Shown here: piece by piece, positions 37,405 to 48,904 of the stretch
Layout of the letters: each line of letters begins with the position of its first letter
Position numbering within the stretch: position 1 is the stretch's first letter
Assembly: GCA_964492185.1 (NCBI GenBank)
Contig: CAZBJH010000003.1
Coordinates: 36-64,035 of the forward strand
Length of the DNA stretch: 64,000 bases
DNA from: an uncultured Bacteroidales bacterium
GTDB taxonomy: Bacteria > Bacteroidota > Bacteroidia > Bacteroidales > UBA10428
Direction: 5' to 3'
Notes under the pieces: generated by a model
Told to the model about the DNA's origin: nothing
Seen by the model: only the letters and a program-made list of their open reading frames with translations
Databases searched by the model: none
Program-made: the position numbers and the translations under genes

Positions 37405-39272
37405 TATCTTCCCATTGTAATCAATAAAACATTAATATCTGATGCAGAAACACCAGGAATTCGCGAAGCCTGTCCTATTGTCTCTGGTTGAATTCTTTTT
37501 AATTTTTGTCTTCCTTCAGTTGAAATCGACCTCAATGATGCATAATCAATATTTTTCCATATTTTTACATTTTCCAGCCTTCTCATTTTCTCTGCAAGCT
37601 CTCTTTCCCTTCTAATATAACCTGAATATTTTATCTCAATTTCAACTGATTCTAAAATATCCCTTATTTCATTTGAAATACCATCATTTGAAAAATCATT
37701 AATTACTTCACATTTTTTTATTAATTCAAAAATAGAAACCTGTGGCCGTAATAATATATCCCTTAATTTCATCCTTTGTTGTATCCCCGGCGTCCCTATA
37801 TCTTCCAAAAACGAATTTATCTCATCAGGATTTACACTATAATTCTCTATTTCTGAAATAAAGCTTTTCTTTTCTTTTATCTTCTCATTCAACAAATCCA
37901 TTCTCTCTTTACCTGCTAATCCTATTTTGTAAGATTTTTCTGTAAGACGCTCATCTGCATTATCCTGCCTTAGCAAAATACGATACTCAGCTCTTGATGT
38001 GAACATACGATACGGTTCATCTACTCCTTTATTAATCAGATCATCTATCAATACCCCAATATATGCTTCATCCCTTTTTAATACAAATTCATCCTTTCCA
38101 TTAATCTTATTATGTGCATTTATTCCCGCAATTAGCCCTTGTGCTGCTGCCTCCTCATATCCTGTTGTACCATTAACCTGCCCAGCTAAATACAAGTTTT
38201 CTATAATTTTTGTTTCCAGAGTAATTTTTAATTGTGTAGGAGGGTAATAATCATATTCAATAGCATAGCCTGGTCTAAACATTTTGGCATTTCCCATCCC
38301 TTCTATTTTCTTCAAAGCCTCATACTGTATATCTATTGGCAATGATGATGAGAATCCGTTAATATAATATTCAACAGTACTATATCCCTCTGGCTCCAAA
38401 AATAATTGATGTTTATCTTTATCACTAAATGTAACTATTTTATCCTCAATGCTCGGACAATATCTTGGGCCTATCCCTTTTATTTCTCCTCCAAATAATG
38501 GTGATGATTTAAATCCTTTTCTCAAAATATCATGACATTCCTCATTTGTATGAGTTATAAAACAACTTCTATAAGACTTAATATTTTCTTTTGTTAAATA
38601 TGAAAACCTTCCACCTATATCATCTCCTTTTTGTTCAGTTAAATTACTAAAATCAATTGTTCTTCCGTCTATTCTTGCAGGTGTTCCCGTTTTCATCCTA
38701 CCTACTTCAAATCCATATTCATTTAATTGTTCCGAAATACCATACGAAGCATACTCTCCCATTCTTCCTCCTCTCAATTTCGTATCTCCAATATAAATCA
38801 AACCATTTTCAAATGTACCGCTTGTTAAAATCACACTTTTACCTAAAAACCTCATTCCCATGGCCGTCTCAACACCTATAACTCTTTCTTTCTCAATTAT
38901 TAACCCGTTTACACTATCCTGCCAAAATTCCAGTTTTCCTATTTTTTCTAATTCTTTTCTCCATTCCATTGAAAATAACATCCTATCATTTTGGGCCCTC
39001 GGACTCCACATTGCAGGCCCTTTAGATCTGTTCAACATTCTGAACTGAATCATACTTTTATCTGTTACAATTCCTGATAATCCCCCTACTGCATCTATCT
39101 CTCTAATTATCTGACCTTTAGCTATACCTCCCATTGCAGGATTACAAGACATCTGTGCTATTTTTGTCATATCCATCGTTATCAGCAACGTATATGATCC
39201 CAAATTTGCAGCTACCGCTGCTGCTTCACTTCCTGCATGCCCTGCACCAATAACTATAACATCATATTTCAT
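37404..39272 (-). CDS. mnmG: tRNA uridine 5-carboxymethylaminomethyl modification enzyme
   Basis: 622-aa ORF with the FAD-binding N-terminus [16 protein letters not shown]. GidA family conservation runs throughout. Confidence 0.93.
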   Translation of the reverse strand: MKYDVIVIGAGHAGSEAAAVAANLGSYTLLITMDMTKIAQMSCNPAMGGIAKGQIIREIDAVGGLSGIVTDKSMIQFRMLNRSKGPAMWSPRAQNDRMLFSMEWRKELEKIGKLEFWQDSVNGLIIEKERVIGVETAMGMRFLGKSVILTSGTFENGLIYIGDTKLRGGRMGEYASYGISEQLNEYGFEVGRMKTGTPARIDGRTIDFSNLTEQKGDDIGGRFSYLTKENIKSYRSCFITHTNEECHDILRKGFKSSPLFGGEIKGIGPRYCPSIEDKIVTFSDKDKHQLFLEPEGYSTVEYYINGFSSSLPIDIQYEALKKIEGMGNAKMFRPGYAIEYDYYPPTQLKITLETKIIENLYLAGQVNGTTGYEEAAAQGLIAGINAHNKINGKDEFVLKRDEAYIGVLIDDLINKGVDEPYRMFTSRAEYRILLRQDNADERLTEKSYKIGLAGKERMDLLNEKIKEKKSFISEIENYSVNPDEINSFLEDIGTPGIQQRMKLRDILLRPQVSIFELIKKCEVINDFSNDGISNEIRDILESVEIEIKYSGYIRRERELAEKMRRLENVKIWKNIDYASLRSISTEGRQKLKRIQPETIGQASRIPGVSASDINVLLITMGR

Positions 39273-39312
39273 TTGAATTACTCCTTTTCGGTCCTACTTG
39301 AATATTACAGAC

Positions 39313-39738
39313 TTATCTTTTCAAATACAAATTTAAGTATTTATCTTCCAATTTTCTCATATTCCTTTTCTGTTCAAAAGCCTTATCATCATATCCTACT
39401 ATATGCAATAAACCATGAACTAAAACTCTCATCAATTCAAAATTCAAATTTCCTTCCGAATATTCATTCGCATTTCTTTTAACGCTGTCAATACTGATAT
39501 AAATTTCACCATACAGCTTCTTACCCTTTGTATTATTAAAAGCAATTACATCTGTAAATCCGTCGTGATTTAAGAATTCCTTATTGATAATCCGGATTGT
39601 TTGATCATCAACCAATATATAATCAATTTCGCCTATCTTATTTCCTTCGGCTTTTGCAACATTTATAAGCCATTCACTAATTTCTCCTTCTTTTTCTATT
39701 CTATATTCAATATCTTTATAATGTAAATATATTTTCAA
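39313..39738 (-). CDS. ybeY: rRNA maturation endoribonuclease YbeY
   Basis: 141-aa ORF with the metal-binding motif HGLLHIVGYDD. Confidence 0.9.
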   Translation of the reverse strand: MKIYLHYKDIEYRIEKEGEISEWLINVAKAEGNKIGEIDYILVDDQTIRIINKEFLNHDGFTDVIAFNNTKGKKLYGEIYISIDSVKRNANEYSEGNLNFELMRVLVHGLLHIVGYDDKAFEQKRNMRKLEDKYLNLYLKR

Positions 39739-40139
39739 TTCTTTTTTATATTAAAAATCAATTCTACTCTTGAACCATTATTTTTAAATTCTATTTTATC
39801 AGATAATTTTTCCATAAGAAAAATACCCCTGCCGTTTACATTCTCCAAATTCTCAGGTGACGTTGGATCAGGTACATTATTATAATCGAAACCTTCTCCT
39901 TCATCATCAATACGAATCATCAAATTCTCCTCATCCTTCCTTATGAAAATATTAACCATCTTATTCTCCTCAAGCTTATTACCATGTAAAATCGCATTGT
40001 TTGCTGCTTCTAACGCCGCGATTAATATATTACCATACTTATCCGAACTTATATCATACTCAGCAGACATATCATCCACCATTTTTTCTATTTTTCTTAA
40101 ATTTTCTATTTTAGAAGATATTTTCAAATTCTTTTCCAT
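39735..40139 (-). CDS. GHKL-type ATPase resembling anti-sigma factor kinases (RsbW/SpoIIAB-like)
   Basis: 134-aa ORF with an N-box (EAANNAILHGN), DEGEGFD and GRGIFLM. It has a 4-nt ATGA overlap with the ybeY start. Confidence 0.65.
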   Translation of the reverse strand: MEKNLKISSKIENLRKIEKMVDDMSAEYDISSDKYGNILIAALEAANNAILHGNKLEENKMVNIFIRKDEENLMIRIDDEGEGFDYNNVPDPTSPENLENVNGRGIFLMEKLSDKIEFKNNGSRVELIFNIKKN

Positions 40140-40248
40140 TATCTTATTATTACATACATTCCTTTTATACTGTATTCCAATATTTTTGTTTCTTAAATTT
40201 TATTAAATATATTAAAAATTGAATTCCAACTCCAAAATTAATTCTATT

Positions 40249-41436
40249 TTAATTACTTAACCACTTTTCCGGGTTCATATTTTCCATTTCTTTCCATATT
40301 TCCAAATGTAATGTTCCATTTTTCGCCCTTAAATCACTATACACAATTCCTATATTTTGTTTTGTACTTACATTATCTCCCTCCTTCACGAAAACTTCAC
40401 CAAGATTGTGATATACTGACAAATAACTTCCATGCCTGATCATAACAGTATAATTTGCTCCCATTATAGTCATTACCTTAGTTACTTTACCCTCAAAAAC
40501 ACTTCTTACTTCCGTTCCAGGTTCCGTGGTTATATCTATCCCATTATTTTTTACCTTAATACCTTTAACCAAAGCATGTTCCTGCTCACCGAATCCTTTT
40601 GTTACAACACCCATACTTGTCGGCCATGGTAATCTGCCAATATTATCTTCGAAATTATTGGATACTATCTTTTCTTCTGGCGTCAGCTTACTATACAAAT
40701 TACCTGCATTTTCTTCAATAATATTTCTTATCTCTTTTTCAAGCCTTTTTGCAATTCTTTCTTTTTCTCTTATTTCATTCCTTAAATCCTTTTCCTTTTT
40801 CTTTAAATCCTTCAAAATGCTACTCTTTTGCAATTTATCCCCACTTAATAGTTTTACTTCCCGCATTCTCCTACCTATAATTTCCTCATTTCTATCTTTT
40901 TCCTTTTGCATTTCCTCCATCTTTTTATCTAATACCTTTTCCATCACGTTAATCAATTCTATCTGTTGATTTCGATATTCGCTATACTGCTTTAGGTATT
41001 TAATTCTCTTATATGCCTGGTTAATATCCTTTGATGCCAATATATATAAAAGAGTAACTTCCTTTTTCCTTTTCTGATATGCTATTCTTATAAATCTGGC
41101 ATATTCTCTTTTAATATCCCTTAAATCCTTTTCAAGCGATTCAATATTTAATTTATGCTCATTAATTATTTCTTCGTTGATCTCAAGCTCATACTTTATC
41201 TTTTCGACATATTCCTCTCTTAGATTTATCTTTCTTTCAACCAGATTCAATTGCTCTTCTGTACTGCTTTTCTCATTTTTTGTTTTTTCAAGCAAAGAAT
41301 TTGCCATTTCGATTTCCTTAACAATACTTTTCCTTTCCCTTTCAAGCGTTTCACCTGACTGCGCATAACAATCTCCTTTAGCAGCTATGAATAAAATCAC
41401 TGCAATAATATATCCATTACATATTCTTCTCTTCAT
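40249..41436 (-). CDS. M23/LytM-family peptidase with a long coiled coil (EnvC-like)
   Basis: 395-aa ORF with a signal peptide and a Lys/Glu-rich coiled coil of about 230 aa. The C-terminal LytM domain shows GIDITTEPGTEV, HGSYLSVYHNL and LHLEIW. Confidence 0.85.
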   Translation of the reverse strand: MKRRICNGYIIAVILFIAAKGDCYAQSGETLERERKSIVKEIEMANSLLEKTKNEKSSTEEQLNLVERKINLREEYVEKIKYELEINEEIINEHKLNIESLEKDLRDIKREYARFIRIAYQKRKKEVTLLYILASKDINQAYKRIKYLKQYSEYRNQQIELINVMEKVLDKKMEEMQKEKDRNEEIIGRRMREVKLLSGDKLQKSSILKDLKKKEKDLRNEIREKERIAKRLEKEIRNIIEENAGNLYSKLTPEEKIVSNNFEDNIGRLPWPTSMGVVTKGFGEQEHALVKGIKVKNNGIDITTEPGTEVRSVFEGKVTKVMTIMGANYTVMIRHGSYLSVYHNLGEVFVKEGDNVSTKQNIGIVYSDLRAKNGTLHLEIWKEMENMNPEKWLSN

Positions 41437-41707
41437 AAATCAGAATTATTATCTCTTCACCATCATAAAAACATTATTCGCCTTTAATAATTCATTTTTC
41501 TATCTTATATCTAATGCATATCATTTAATAACAGCCTTCAATTACCACATTTTATTCTTTCCCAAATAAACACTCCTACTAAAATTAACTTTTATCCTTA
41601 ACTGAACCAACCCTAATACCCTTCTCCCAATTATTTTATTAATTTTTCCAACACGACCTATAACCTTCATTTACAAATATGTATCCCCGTGTAATCAATC
41701 ATACTTT

Positions 41708-43486
41708 TTACATCTCCTTCATACAATTCCTTATCTTATTATCCATTCTCTCCTTCTCATTCTCATCGATATCTTTAACTTTTTTCCAATATTCCACGGC
41801 CCTTTTGCATTTATCCAATTCATATAATATATCTCCATAATGATCAAGTATCTCAGGATTAATGCTTCCCCCGTATTTTATCGCCAATTCCAAATACTTC
41901 TCTGCTTCCTTTACTTTCCCCATTTTAAATAATATCCATCCATACGTATCAAGATATGTCGTATTCTCCGGTTCAGCTTTTATTGTTAATCTGCTTAGTT
42001 CCTCAGCCCTCTTTAATTTTTCTTCCCTTACTGAAAGATAATATGCATAATTATTCCTTATTACCAAATTATCATTATCAAGCGCAATTATTTTTTCAAA
42101 ATATTCATCAGATCTATTATGCTGCCTCAAACCTCTGAATGCCTCGGCATACATATTATAATACTGTATCATCATTCTATTATCCTTCACGTAAACAATT
42201 CCTTCATCCATTATTTCAATTACTTTTTTGTAGTTCTCTAATTGCATATTTCCTATAGCACTATAAAAATAGAAATTTCCTTTATCCGGGTACTTTTCTA
42301 TCGCCATCTCACTATAATCTGCCAGTTCCTCATACTTTTCCAGTATATTTGTTACATATAACATCTGTTCCCATGCAATTTCCATGCTTTTATCCTTTTC
42401 CAAAAAATTCTTTAATTGCCCGTAAGCCTCCTCATATCTCTCTTCTCTTAATAAAAAATCAGCATACAAAGCCTTCGATCTCAAATAAACACTATCCTGC
42501 CATACCATCATTCTAATAAGATTTTCAGTAACGCTTACCTTTTTATCATCATCCAGGCCCCTGTTAATAATCTCTATCAATGTATTAATTTTCCTTTCGT
42601 ATGATATTTCATCATGCTCCAAAGCTAAAACATAATACTCTTCAGCTTCATCATACCTCCCCAAATCCATAAGAAATCCAGCATATGACAAAATACCGTT
42701 ATCATGACCAGGTTCAATAGATAATAATTCCTTATATATACTTTCTGCCTTATCCGCCATACCAAACTCTGCATATGATTCCGCCATTAATCCCATAACT
42801 TCTATATCGTCCGGAAACATTTTATACAACTTTTCCAAAGTTTCAACAGCAGCAGCGGTATCATTCATCCTGTAATATATATCATTCTTTGCATACGCTA
42901 TTTCTCTCGTAAAACCAACCTCATTTTCAATATCATTTAAAATGCCCAGCGATTCATTCAATTTTCCCTTTTCCCTGTAAAATATTGCAAGATTATATTT
43001 GTATCTAACCCTTTCCGGAAATTTATCACTGATTATCTCATAATAATATATTGTACTATCCAACTTTCCATTATATTGATATAGATTCGCCATATGTAAC
43101 AAATACCATACATTATTATTATCATATTCAACAGCCCTTTTTCCATATTCCAATGCCTGTTCAATATTTCCCGTTCTCATCAATATATTTGATATCTGAA
43201 AATATACTGCCGGACTCTCCTCTCTAACCTTAAGTATCTCATCATAAAGAGATAGTGCCTGTTTAAAACTATTAAATAATGCATGCTTTGTAGCCTCTGT
43301 AAATACATAATAATATTCCCTCTCGCTGTTATCAGCAAATCCACCATTTTCTTCATTTAATGAAACATCTGACGACACGATCTTTCTAGTGCATCCTGAT
43401 ATAATAAACATTACAATGAATGCACCAACAATACATCTTATTATATATAGTAGTATCATCCCTTTATTCCAAAAATAACATCTCAT
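41708..43486 (-). CDS. TPR-repeat lipoprotein
   Basis: 592-aa ORF with a lipobox-like FIISGC after a hydrophobic N-terminus. Tandem 34-aa TPR-like repeats run throughout. The start may be the internal Met at residue 10. Confidence 0.7.
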   Translation of the reverse strand: MRCYFWNKGMILLYIIRCIVGAFIVMFIISGCTRKIVSSDVSLNEENGGFADNSEREYYYVFTEATKHALFNSFKQALSLYDEILKVREESPAVYFQISNILMRTGNIEQALEYGKRAVEYDNNNVWYLLHMANLYQYNGKLDSTIYYYEIISDKFPERVRYKYNLAIFYREKGKLNESLGILNDIENEVGFTREIAYAKNDIYYRMNDTAAAVETLEKLYKMFPDDIEVMGLMAESYAEFGMADKAESIYKELLSIEPGHDNGILSYAGFLMDLGRYDEAEEYYVLALEHDEISYERKINTLIEIINRGLDDDKKVSVTENLIRMMVWQDSVYLRSKALYADFLLREERYEEAYGQLKNFLEKDKSMEIAWEQMLYVTNILEKYEELADYSEMAIEKYPDKGNFYFYSAIGNMQLENYKKVIEIMDEGIVYVKDNRMMIQYYNMYAEAFRGLRQHNRSDEYFEKIIALDNDNLVIRNNYAYYLSVREEKLKRAEELSRLTIKAEPENTTYLDTYGWILFKMGKVKEAEKYLELAIKYGGSINPEILDHYGDILYELDKCKRAVEYWKKVKDIDENEKERMDNKIRNCMKEM

Positions 43487-43497
43487 ATTTTCTTTTA

Positions 43498-43932
43498 TTA
43501 CGACCTTCCCGTGTGCCCGAAACCGCCAATTCCTCTTTTTGTTTCACTTATTGATTCAACCTCTTCCCAGCTAACTTTCTCATACTTGTTTATTACCATC
43601 TGACAAATTCTTTCCCCATCCTGCACAATGTACTTTTCCCTTGATAAATTTATCAATATTATACCTATTTCGCCACGATAATCAGCATCAATAGTACCAG
43701 GTGCATTTACTATCCCTATCCCCTTTTTTAATGCCAGTCCGCTTCTCGGTCTTATCTGTGCCTCATATCCTTCAGGTAATTCTATGAAGAGCCCTGTCGG
43801 AACAAGAGCCCTTTCCAATGATTTCAGCTCCAAAGCTTTATCAATATTTGCTCTTAAATCCATTCCTGCAGAAAAATCAGTACTGTAATCCGGCAATTTA
43901 TGCTTTGATCTGTTAACTATTTTTACTTTCAT
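43498..43932 (-). CDS. dut: dUTP diphosphatase
   Basis: 144-aa ORF with motifs [24 protein letters not shown] and [10 protein letters not shown]. Confidence 0.93.
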   Translation of the reverse strand: MKVKIVNRSKHKLPDYSTDFSAGMDLRANIDKALELKSLERALVPTGLFIELPEGYEAQIRPRSGLALKKGIGIVNAPGTIDADYRGEIGIILINLSREKYIVQDGERICQMVINKYEKVSWEEVESISETKRGIGGFGHTGRS

Positions 43933-45409
43933 TTATCCGGTAAATAATTGTTCTAATTTTTAATTTTTCCCTTTTCATTAAATAATATACAAAACTAATC
44001 AATAATACACTTCTTAGGATGTAATTCAAAATATCTGACTGTATATCCAATACATTACCCGCGATTACAATAAATATTGATATCAAAATATATTCTCCTA
44101 TCCTTCCTGTCTGATAATCAATCCTGTAATATCTTCTTCCAACATAATATGACATAACAGTCATTGTAAAATAACAAATTATATGTGCTACTGCAGACGC
44201 TTTATAGCTGAAAATCGGAATAAACAAACCATTTATCAAAACTGTAATGGCCGCACCTGTCAATGTAAAAACAGCACCGAATTTTGTCTTGTTCGTAAGC
44301 TTATACCATATAGACAAATTAAAAAATATTCCATACAACAAATATGCATATAATATCAGCGGAACTATAACCAATCCCTCGTGATACCCGGGATCTATAA
44401 AATATTTTATTATATCAATAAAAAGCAAAACCCCTACTATAATAACCAACCCAACTATCACAAAGTATTTCATTATATTGGCAAAAATCCTTCCCGCATC
44501 TTCTGTCCTGTAATAATTAAAATAAAAAGGCTCTGCTGCATATCTGAACATCGTAACAAACATCATTAACAGAACTCCTATCTTATAATTAGCCCCGTAA
44601 ATTCCTATTTCGTAATGAGCATTCTGCCCTTCCGGAGTAAAAATCTTTAAAAGTATCCTGTCCAGCGATTCATTCACTGTTCCGGCCAGTCCTGCAATCA
44701 AAAGTGGCAATGAATATTTTAAAATATTCAGGTATAAATCCTTATTAAATCTTATTTTAATATTTACAATATCTTTTAATAATAAAACCAGTATTAACCC
44801 GCTTGCCAGTAAATTTGCTATTAATACATATCCTATTCTTATTTCCGGGTTATAAATAAATCGAGGTAACTTTATCTTATTCTCTATCAGCGGAAAAAAT
44901 TCAAAAAATAAAAAAATAAAAAAAACAGTGAAAACCACATTCAATATTTTCAAAATTGCAAATTTCCTGCTTTTCTCCTCTATTCTCAACTTCGCGAAAG
45001 GTATACTGCTAAAAGCATCGATTGCAACTATCATTGCAATCCACCTAATATATTCAACATTACTTTCATATTCTATGATCCTTGCAATCCCTTCATCAAA
45101 TGAAAATACTAATAATATAAACAGTAATGAAGTACAGAAAAGCGAAATTATCACTGTTGAATACACAATCTCTGGTCTCTCGCTTTTTGTAGCAAACCTG
45201 AAAAATCCTGTCTCCATTCCGTATGTCAGTATCACAAGAAGAAATACAACATAAGCGTACAACTCTGTTATAACACCATATTCCTCAACCTTAAACAACC
45301 TTGTATAATAAAAGGTCATTATTGAATAATTCAACAAACGCGGCACCATTGTCCCTAAACCATAAAGCATCGTTTGTCCTGCCAGCTTTTTATAAATATT
45401 CGTTTTCAC
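43913..45409 (-). CDS. MOP-superfamily polysaccharide/oligosaccharide flippase (Wzx/MurJ-like)
   Basis: 498-aa ORF with about 12-14 hydrophobic helices. It overlaps the dut start by 20 nt. Confidence 0.7.
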   Translation of the reverse strand: MKTNIYKKLAGQTMLYGLGTMVPRLLNYSIMTFYYTRLFKVEEYGVITELYAYVVFLLVILTYGMETGFFRFATKSERPEIVYSTVIISLFCTSLLFILLVFSFDEGIARIIEYESNVEYIRWIAMIVAIDAFSSIPFAKLRIEEKSRKFAILKILNVVFTVFFIFLFFEFFPLIENKIKLPRFIYNPEIRIGYVLIANLLASGLILVLLLKDIVNIKIRFNKDLYLNILKYSLPLLIAGLAGTVNESLDRILLKIFTPEGQNAHYEIGIYGANYKIGVLLMMFVTMFRYAAEPFYFNYYRTEDAGRIFANIMKYFVIVGLVIIVGVLLFIDIIKYFIDPGYHEGLVIVPLILYAYLLYGIFFNLSIWYKLTNKTKFGAVFTLTGAAITVLINGLFIPIFSYKASAVAHIICYFTMTVMSYYVGRRYYRIDYQTGRIGEYILISIFIVIAGNVLDIQSDILNYILRSVLLISFVYYLMKREKLKIRTIIYRINESKNS

Positions 45410-45658
45410 GAAATACTATTTTTTTCTTTACCTTTTATTATTCATCCTTCATATTTGAAACATATACAAATATCTATATCCCAAGCTTCAGTAACCATCC
45501 CTAAAACTTATTCAACCAATCAATTGCTATGTAACTAACTCGGTTAGCATAAAAAATCAAAAATACAAACTACATTAATAATACTTATTCATATCAAATA
45601 CTCTCTTTTTCAAATGGTTTTTATTTCATATTTTTGCTTCCTGTAAAAACCTTTTTTT

Positions 45659-46321
45659 ATGCACAAGATTAATCTATTTTTTTTATTTATCGTTACCTTT
45701 TTATCACCAATGGCTTCTTTTGCCCAGGATAATCCACAAGTTCTTATTACAACCTCATACGGAAACATGAAAATCCGTTTATTTGATGAAACTCCCCTTC
45801 ATAAGGAAAATTTTTTCAAGCTTGTTGCAGATGGCACTTATAACGGTGTTTTATTCCACAGGGTTATAGAAAACTTTATGATACAGACAGGTGATCCTGA
45901 TTCAAAAAACGCGAAAAAAGGTGAATTATTGGGAAGGGGAGATTTTGGCTACACGTTACCTCCTGAATTCTCTCCCTCTCTTTACCATAAAAAAGGTGCT
46001 ATTGCTGCAGCCCGCCAGCCTGATAATGTTAATCCCCAAAAAATGTCTTCAGCTTCACAGTTTTATATTGTTCAGGGTACCAAACTTACCGATGAACAAC
46101 TTGATCTTATGGAATCCCGCGAAATGCATATCAAATTTACCGATGAACAGCGCAAAATATATAAATCTTCAGGCGGGACTCCACATCTCGATTATTCATA
46201 CACCGTCTTTGGTGAAGTAGTTGAAGGCCTCGATATAATAGATAAAATTTCTGCAGTTCCCACAGATGAAAACAACAGACCACTTCATGATATTAAAATT
46301 GAAGTAAAAATTATCGATTGA
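45659..46321 (+). CDS. Secreted cyclophilin-type peptidyl-prolyl isomerase
   Basis: 220-aa ORF with a signal peptide. Cyclophilin motifs are FHRVIENFMIQTGDP and FGEVVEGLDIIDKI. Confidence 0.9.
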   Translation: MHKINLFFLFIVTFLSPMASFAQDNPQVLITTSYGNMKIRLFDETPLHKENFFKLVADGTYNGVLFHRVIENFMIQTGDPDSKNAKKGELLGRGDFGYTLPPEFSPSLYHKKGAIAAARQPDNVNPQKMSSASQFYIVQGTKLTDEQLDLMESREMHIKFTDEQRKIYKSSGGTPHLDYSYTVFGEVVEGLDIIDKISAVPTDENNRPLHDIKIEVKIID

Positions 46322-46322
46322 C

Positions 46323-47342
46323 ATGCTTGAACGTATAAATCAAATTACATCTGAAATTAATAATTACACTTTTCAATCTTCTGATGATATTGAAAAATTC
46401 AGACTAAAATATCTTAGTAAAAAAGGCATCATTTCATCCTTATTTGAGCAATTCAAATCTGTTCCTAATGAACATAAGAAACAATTGGGTAAGTCTCTAA
46501 ACATACTTAAACAGCTCGCCAAATCTATCTACGATACTCAAAAATCTCTCTTTGATAATAGAAATGATGTATCTACTGATATTGATCTTACCCTTCCATC
46601 CGAATCATTACTCTTAGGATCACGCCATCCTGTTTCAATCATTCGTAACCAAATCATTTCTATATTTTCAAAAATTGGTTTTAATGTAGAAGAAGGCCCG
46701 GAAATTGAAGATGACTGGCATGTATTCTCAGGTCTGAATTTCCCACCCGAACATCCTGCACGCGATATGCAGGATACATTCTTTATCCGGGAAAATCCTG
46801 ATATTATCCTTCGTACTCATACATCCAGCGTCCAGGTTCGTGTCATGGAAAACATAAAACCTCCTGTTCGTAGTCTTTTTCCCGGCAGGGTATTTCGCAA
46901 TGAAGCAATTTCAGCCCGTGCTCATTGTATCTTTCATCAGGTTGAAGGATTATACATTGATAAAAATGTATCCTTCTCTGATCTTAAACAAACACTTTTA
47001 TTTTTTGCCAGGGAAATGTTTGGCGAACAAACACAAATACGCCTTCGCCCTTCATTCTTCCCTTTCACAGAACCATCTGCAGAAATGGATGTTTCATGTA
47101 CAATTTGTTCAGGCAGGGGATGCAATGTTTGTAAATATACCGGATTCCTTGAAATTCTCGGTTGCGGTATGGTAGATCCCTCCGTTCTCTCTGCTTCCTC
47201 TATCGACCCTGCTATCTATACTGGTTTTGCTTTCGGAATGGGTATAGAACGTATTGCTATGTTAAAATACCGTATAAATGATCTTAGGCTCTACTTTGAA
47301 AACGATATACGTTTTCTTCGCCAATTCCAGTCAGATTTATAA
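46323..47342 (+). CDS. pheS: Phenylalanine-tRNA ligase alpha subunit
   Basis: 339-aa ORF with motifs FPPEHPARDMQDTF, FPGRVFRNE and GFAFGMGIERIAM. Confidence 0.93.
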   Translation: MLERINQITSEINNYTFQSSDDIEKFRLKYLSKKGIISSLFEQFKSVPNEHKKQLGKSLNILKQLAKSIYDTQKSLFDNRNDVSTDIDLTLPSESLLLGSRHPVSIIRNQIISIFSKIGFNVEEGPEIEDDWHVFSGLNFPPEHPARDMQDTFFIRENPDIILRTHTSSVQVRVMENIKPPVRSLFPGRVFRNEAISARAHCIFHQVEGLYIDKNVSFSDLKQTLLFFAREMFGEQTQIRLRPSFFPFTEPSAEMDVSCTICSGRGCNVCKYTGFLEILGCGMVDPSVLSASSIDPAIYTGFAFGMGIERIAMLKYRINDLRLYFENDIRFLRQFQSDL

Positions 47343-47398
47343 CATAATAACAGTATATCAATAAAGCTGTTAAAATTATTAACCGGTCATTTTTTTAT

Positions 47399-47425
47399 AA
47401 ACAAACACTATTAGTTTATTGACCT
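47399..47425 (-). repeat. Head fragment of the hairpin-repeat family
   Basis: The reverse complement reads AGGTCAATAAACTAATAGTGTTTGTTT. Compare TTTGTCAATAAACTCTTAGTGTTTGTT in the array units. Confidence 0.55.
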
Positions 47426-47432
47426 ACTTTAT

Positions 47433-47603
47433 TTATTCGTATCCTCTATTAATTATAACATGAATTAAAAATCCTCCTATTACAAGTATTCCACTTGTTA
47501 TCAGCATTTTGTTTCCTTCAACACCTTTCCCTACTACAATGCCAAGCATTATTACTCCTACCAGTACAACAATTGCTCCAAGATATTGTATAATTTCTTT
47601 CAT
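47433..47603 (-). CDS. Possible 56-aa two-helix membrane protein (below the ORF-track cutoff)
   Basis: My hand translation is MKEIIQYLGAIVVLVGVIMLGIVVGKGVEGNKMLITSGILVIGGFLIHVIINRGYE. It has two hydrophobic segments and occupies an otherwise empty 387-bp gap. There is no homology evidence. Confidence 0.3.
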   Translation of the reverse strand: MKEIIQYLGAIVVLVGVIMLGIVVGKGVEGNKMLITSGILVIGGFLIHVIINRGYE

Positions 47604-47729
47604 CACAATATAATTATATTATTAATAAAAACAGTCTTCGATTTGCTCCAATTATTTGTAAATTCTCAACTCTTTCTGCATTCATCAAATCCATATATCC
47701 TGTATTAATAATTCAAATTATCCATAAAT

Positions 47730-48752
47730 TTAAAATAATAAATTGGAATTATACCCTTCTTTTCCAAGATGTTCGAATGCAAGATCTGTAGTTACCCTTC
47801 CTCTTTGCGTCCTTTTAATAAAACCCTCCTTAATCAAATATGGTTCATAAACCTCCTCGATCGTTCCGGCATCTTCACCTACAGCTGTTGCAATTGTACT
47901 TATACCAACCGGACCGCCCTTAAATTTATCTATTATTGTATTCAATATCTTATTATCCATTTCATCAAGTCCTCGTTTATCGATCTGTAATGCATTCAAA
48001 GCAAAAAGTGAAATATCAATATCAATAAAACCCGAACCCTTAACCTGTGCGAAATCCCTCACTCTGCGCAGAAGTCCATTAGCAATCCTTGGCGTTCCTC
48101 TTGACCTCCTGGCTATTTCTTTTGCAGCTTTATCATCAATATCAATGTTAAGTATCCTTGCAGACCTCTTTACAATTCCTTCCAATACATCATGATCATA
48201 ATAATTAAGTTTTGAATTAATCCCGAATCTTGCACGCAGCGGCGAGGTAAGCAATCCCGATCGTGTTGTAGCCCCTATCAGCGTAAATTCATTCAGAGAC
48301 AGTTGAATTGATCTTGCTCCAGGACCTTTATCAATAACAATATCAATCTTATAATCCTCCATTGCAGAATACAGGAATTCTTCAACTACAGAACTCAAAC
48401 GATGTATTTCATCAATAAACAAAACATCATTATTTTCAAGGCTTGTCAAAACGCCGGCCAAATCACCCGGTCTTTCAAGAACAGGTCCTGAACTCGATCT
48501 TATATTAGTATTAAGCTCCCTGGCAATTATATTTGCAAGCGTTGTCTTACCTAATCCCGGTGGTCCTGACAACAATACATGATCCAACGCTTCATTCCTT
48601 CCTTTCGCCGCTTCAACAAATACTTTCAAATTTTCAATTACACTTTTCTGACCATCGAACTCATCAAATAATTTTGGCCTCAAAGTAATATCAATATCAG
48701 TATCTTCTTCCCTTCTAAATCTGTTCTCTATTCTCTCTTCATTATTATCCAT
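47730..48752 (-). CDS. ruvB: Holliday junction branch migration ATPase
   Basis: 340-aa ORF with Walker A (GPPGLGKTT), Walker B (FIDEIH) and sensor/arginine finger motifs. It has the RuvB C-terminal winged helix. Confidence 0.93.
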   Translation of the reverse strand: MDNNEERIENRFRREEDTDIDITLRPKLFDEFDGQKSVIENLKVFVEAAKGRNEALDHVLLSGPPGLGKTTLANIIARELNTNIRSSSGPVLERPGDLAGVLTSLENNDVLFIDEIHRLSSVVEEFLYSAMEDYKIDIVIDKGPGARSIQLSLNEFTLIGATTRSGLLTSPLRARFGINSKLNYYDHDVLEGIVKRSARILNIDIDDKAAKEIARRSRGTPRIANGLLRRVRDFAQVKGSGFIDIDISLFALNALQIDKRGLDEMDNKILNTIIDKFKGGPVGISTIATAVGEDAGTIEEVYEPYLIKEGFIKRTQRGRVTTDLAFEHLGKEGYNSNLLF

Positions 48753-48786
48753 ATTATTGTATTAATGTCTTCTGCATACATTATTT

Positions 48787-48856
48787 ATGTGTTTGTTCAT
48801 AAAATCCCATTTGCCGCGTTACGCTTGTCCTAAAATTGATCACTTAGTAAATCTCC
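48787..48856 (-). repeat. Partial family-C hairpin repeat (tail part)
   Basis: ATGTGTTTGTTCATAAAATCCCATTTGCCGCGTTACGCTTGTCCTAAAATTGATCAC aligns to 19046-19100 of the complete copy. It lies 35 nt upstream of the ruvB start. Confidence 0.7.
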
Positions 48857-48904
48857 ATTTTCATCAGGTCTGTAATTTGTGGCTACCGCATCTCCTTTTA
48901 ATTA

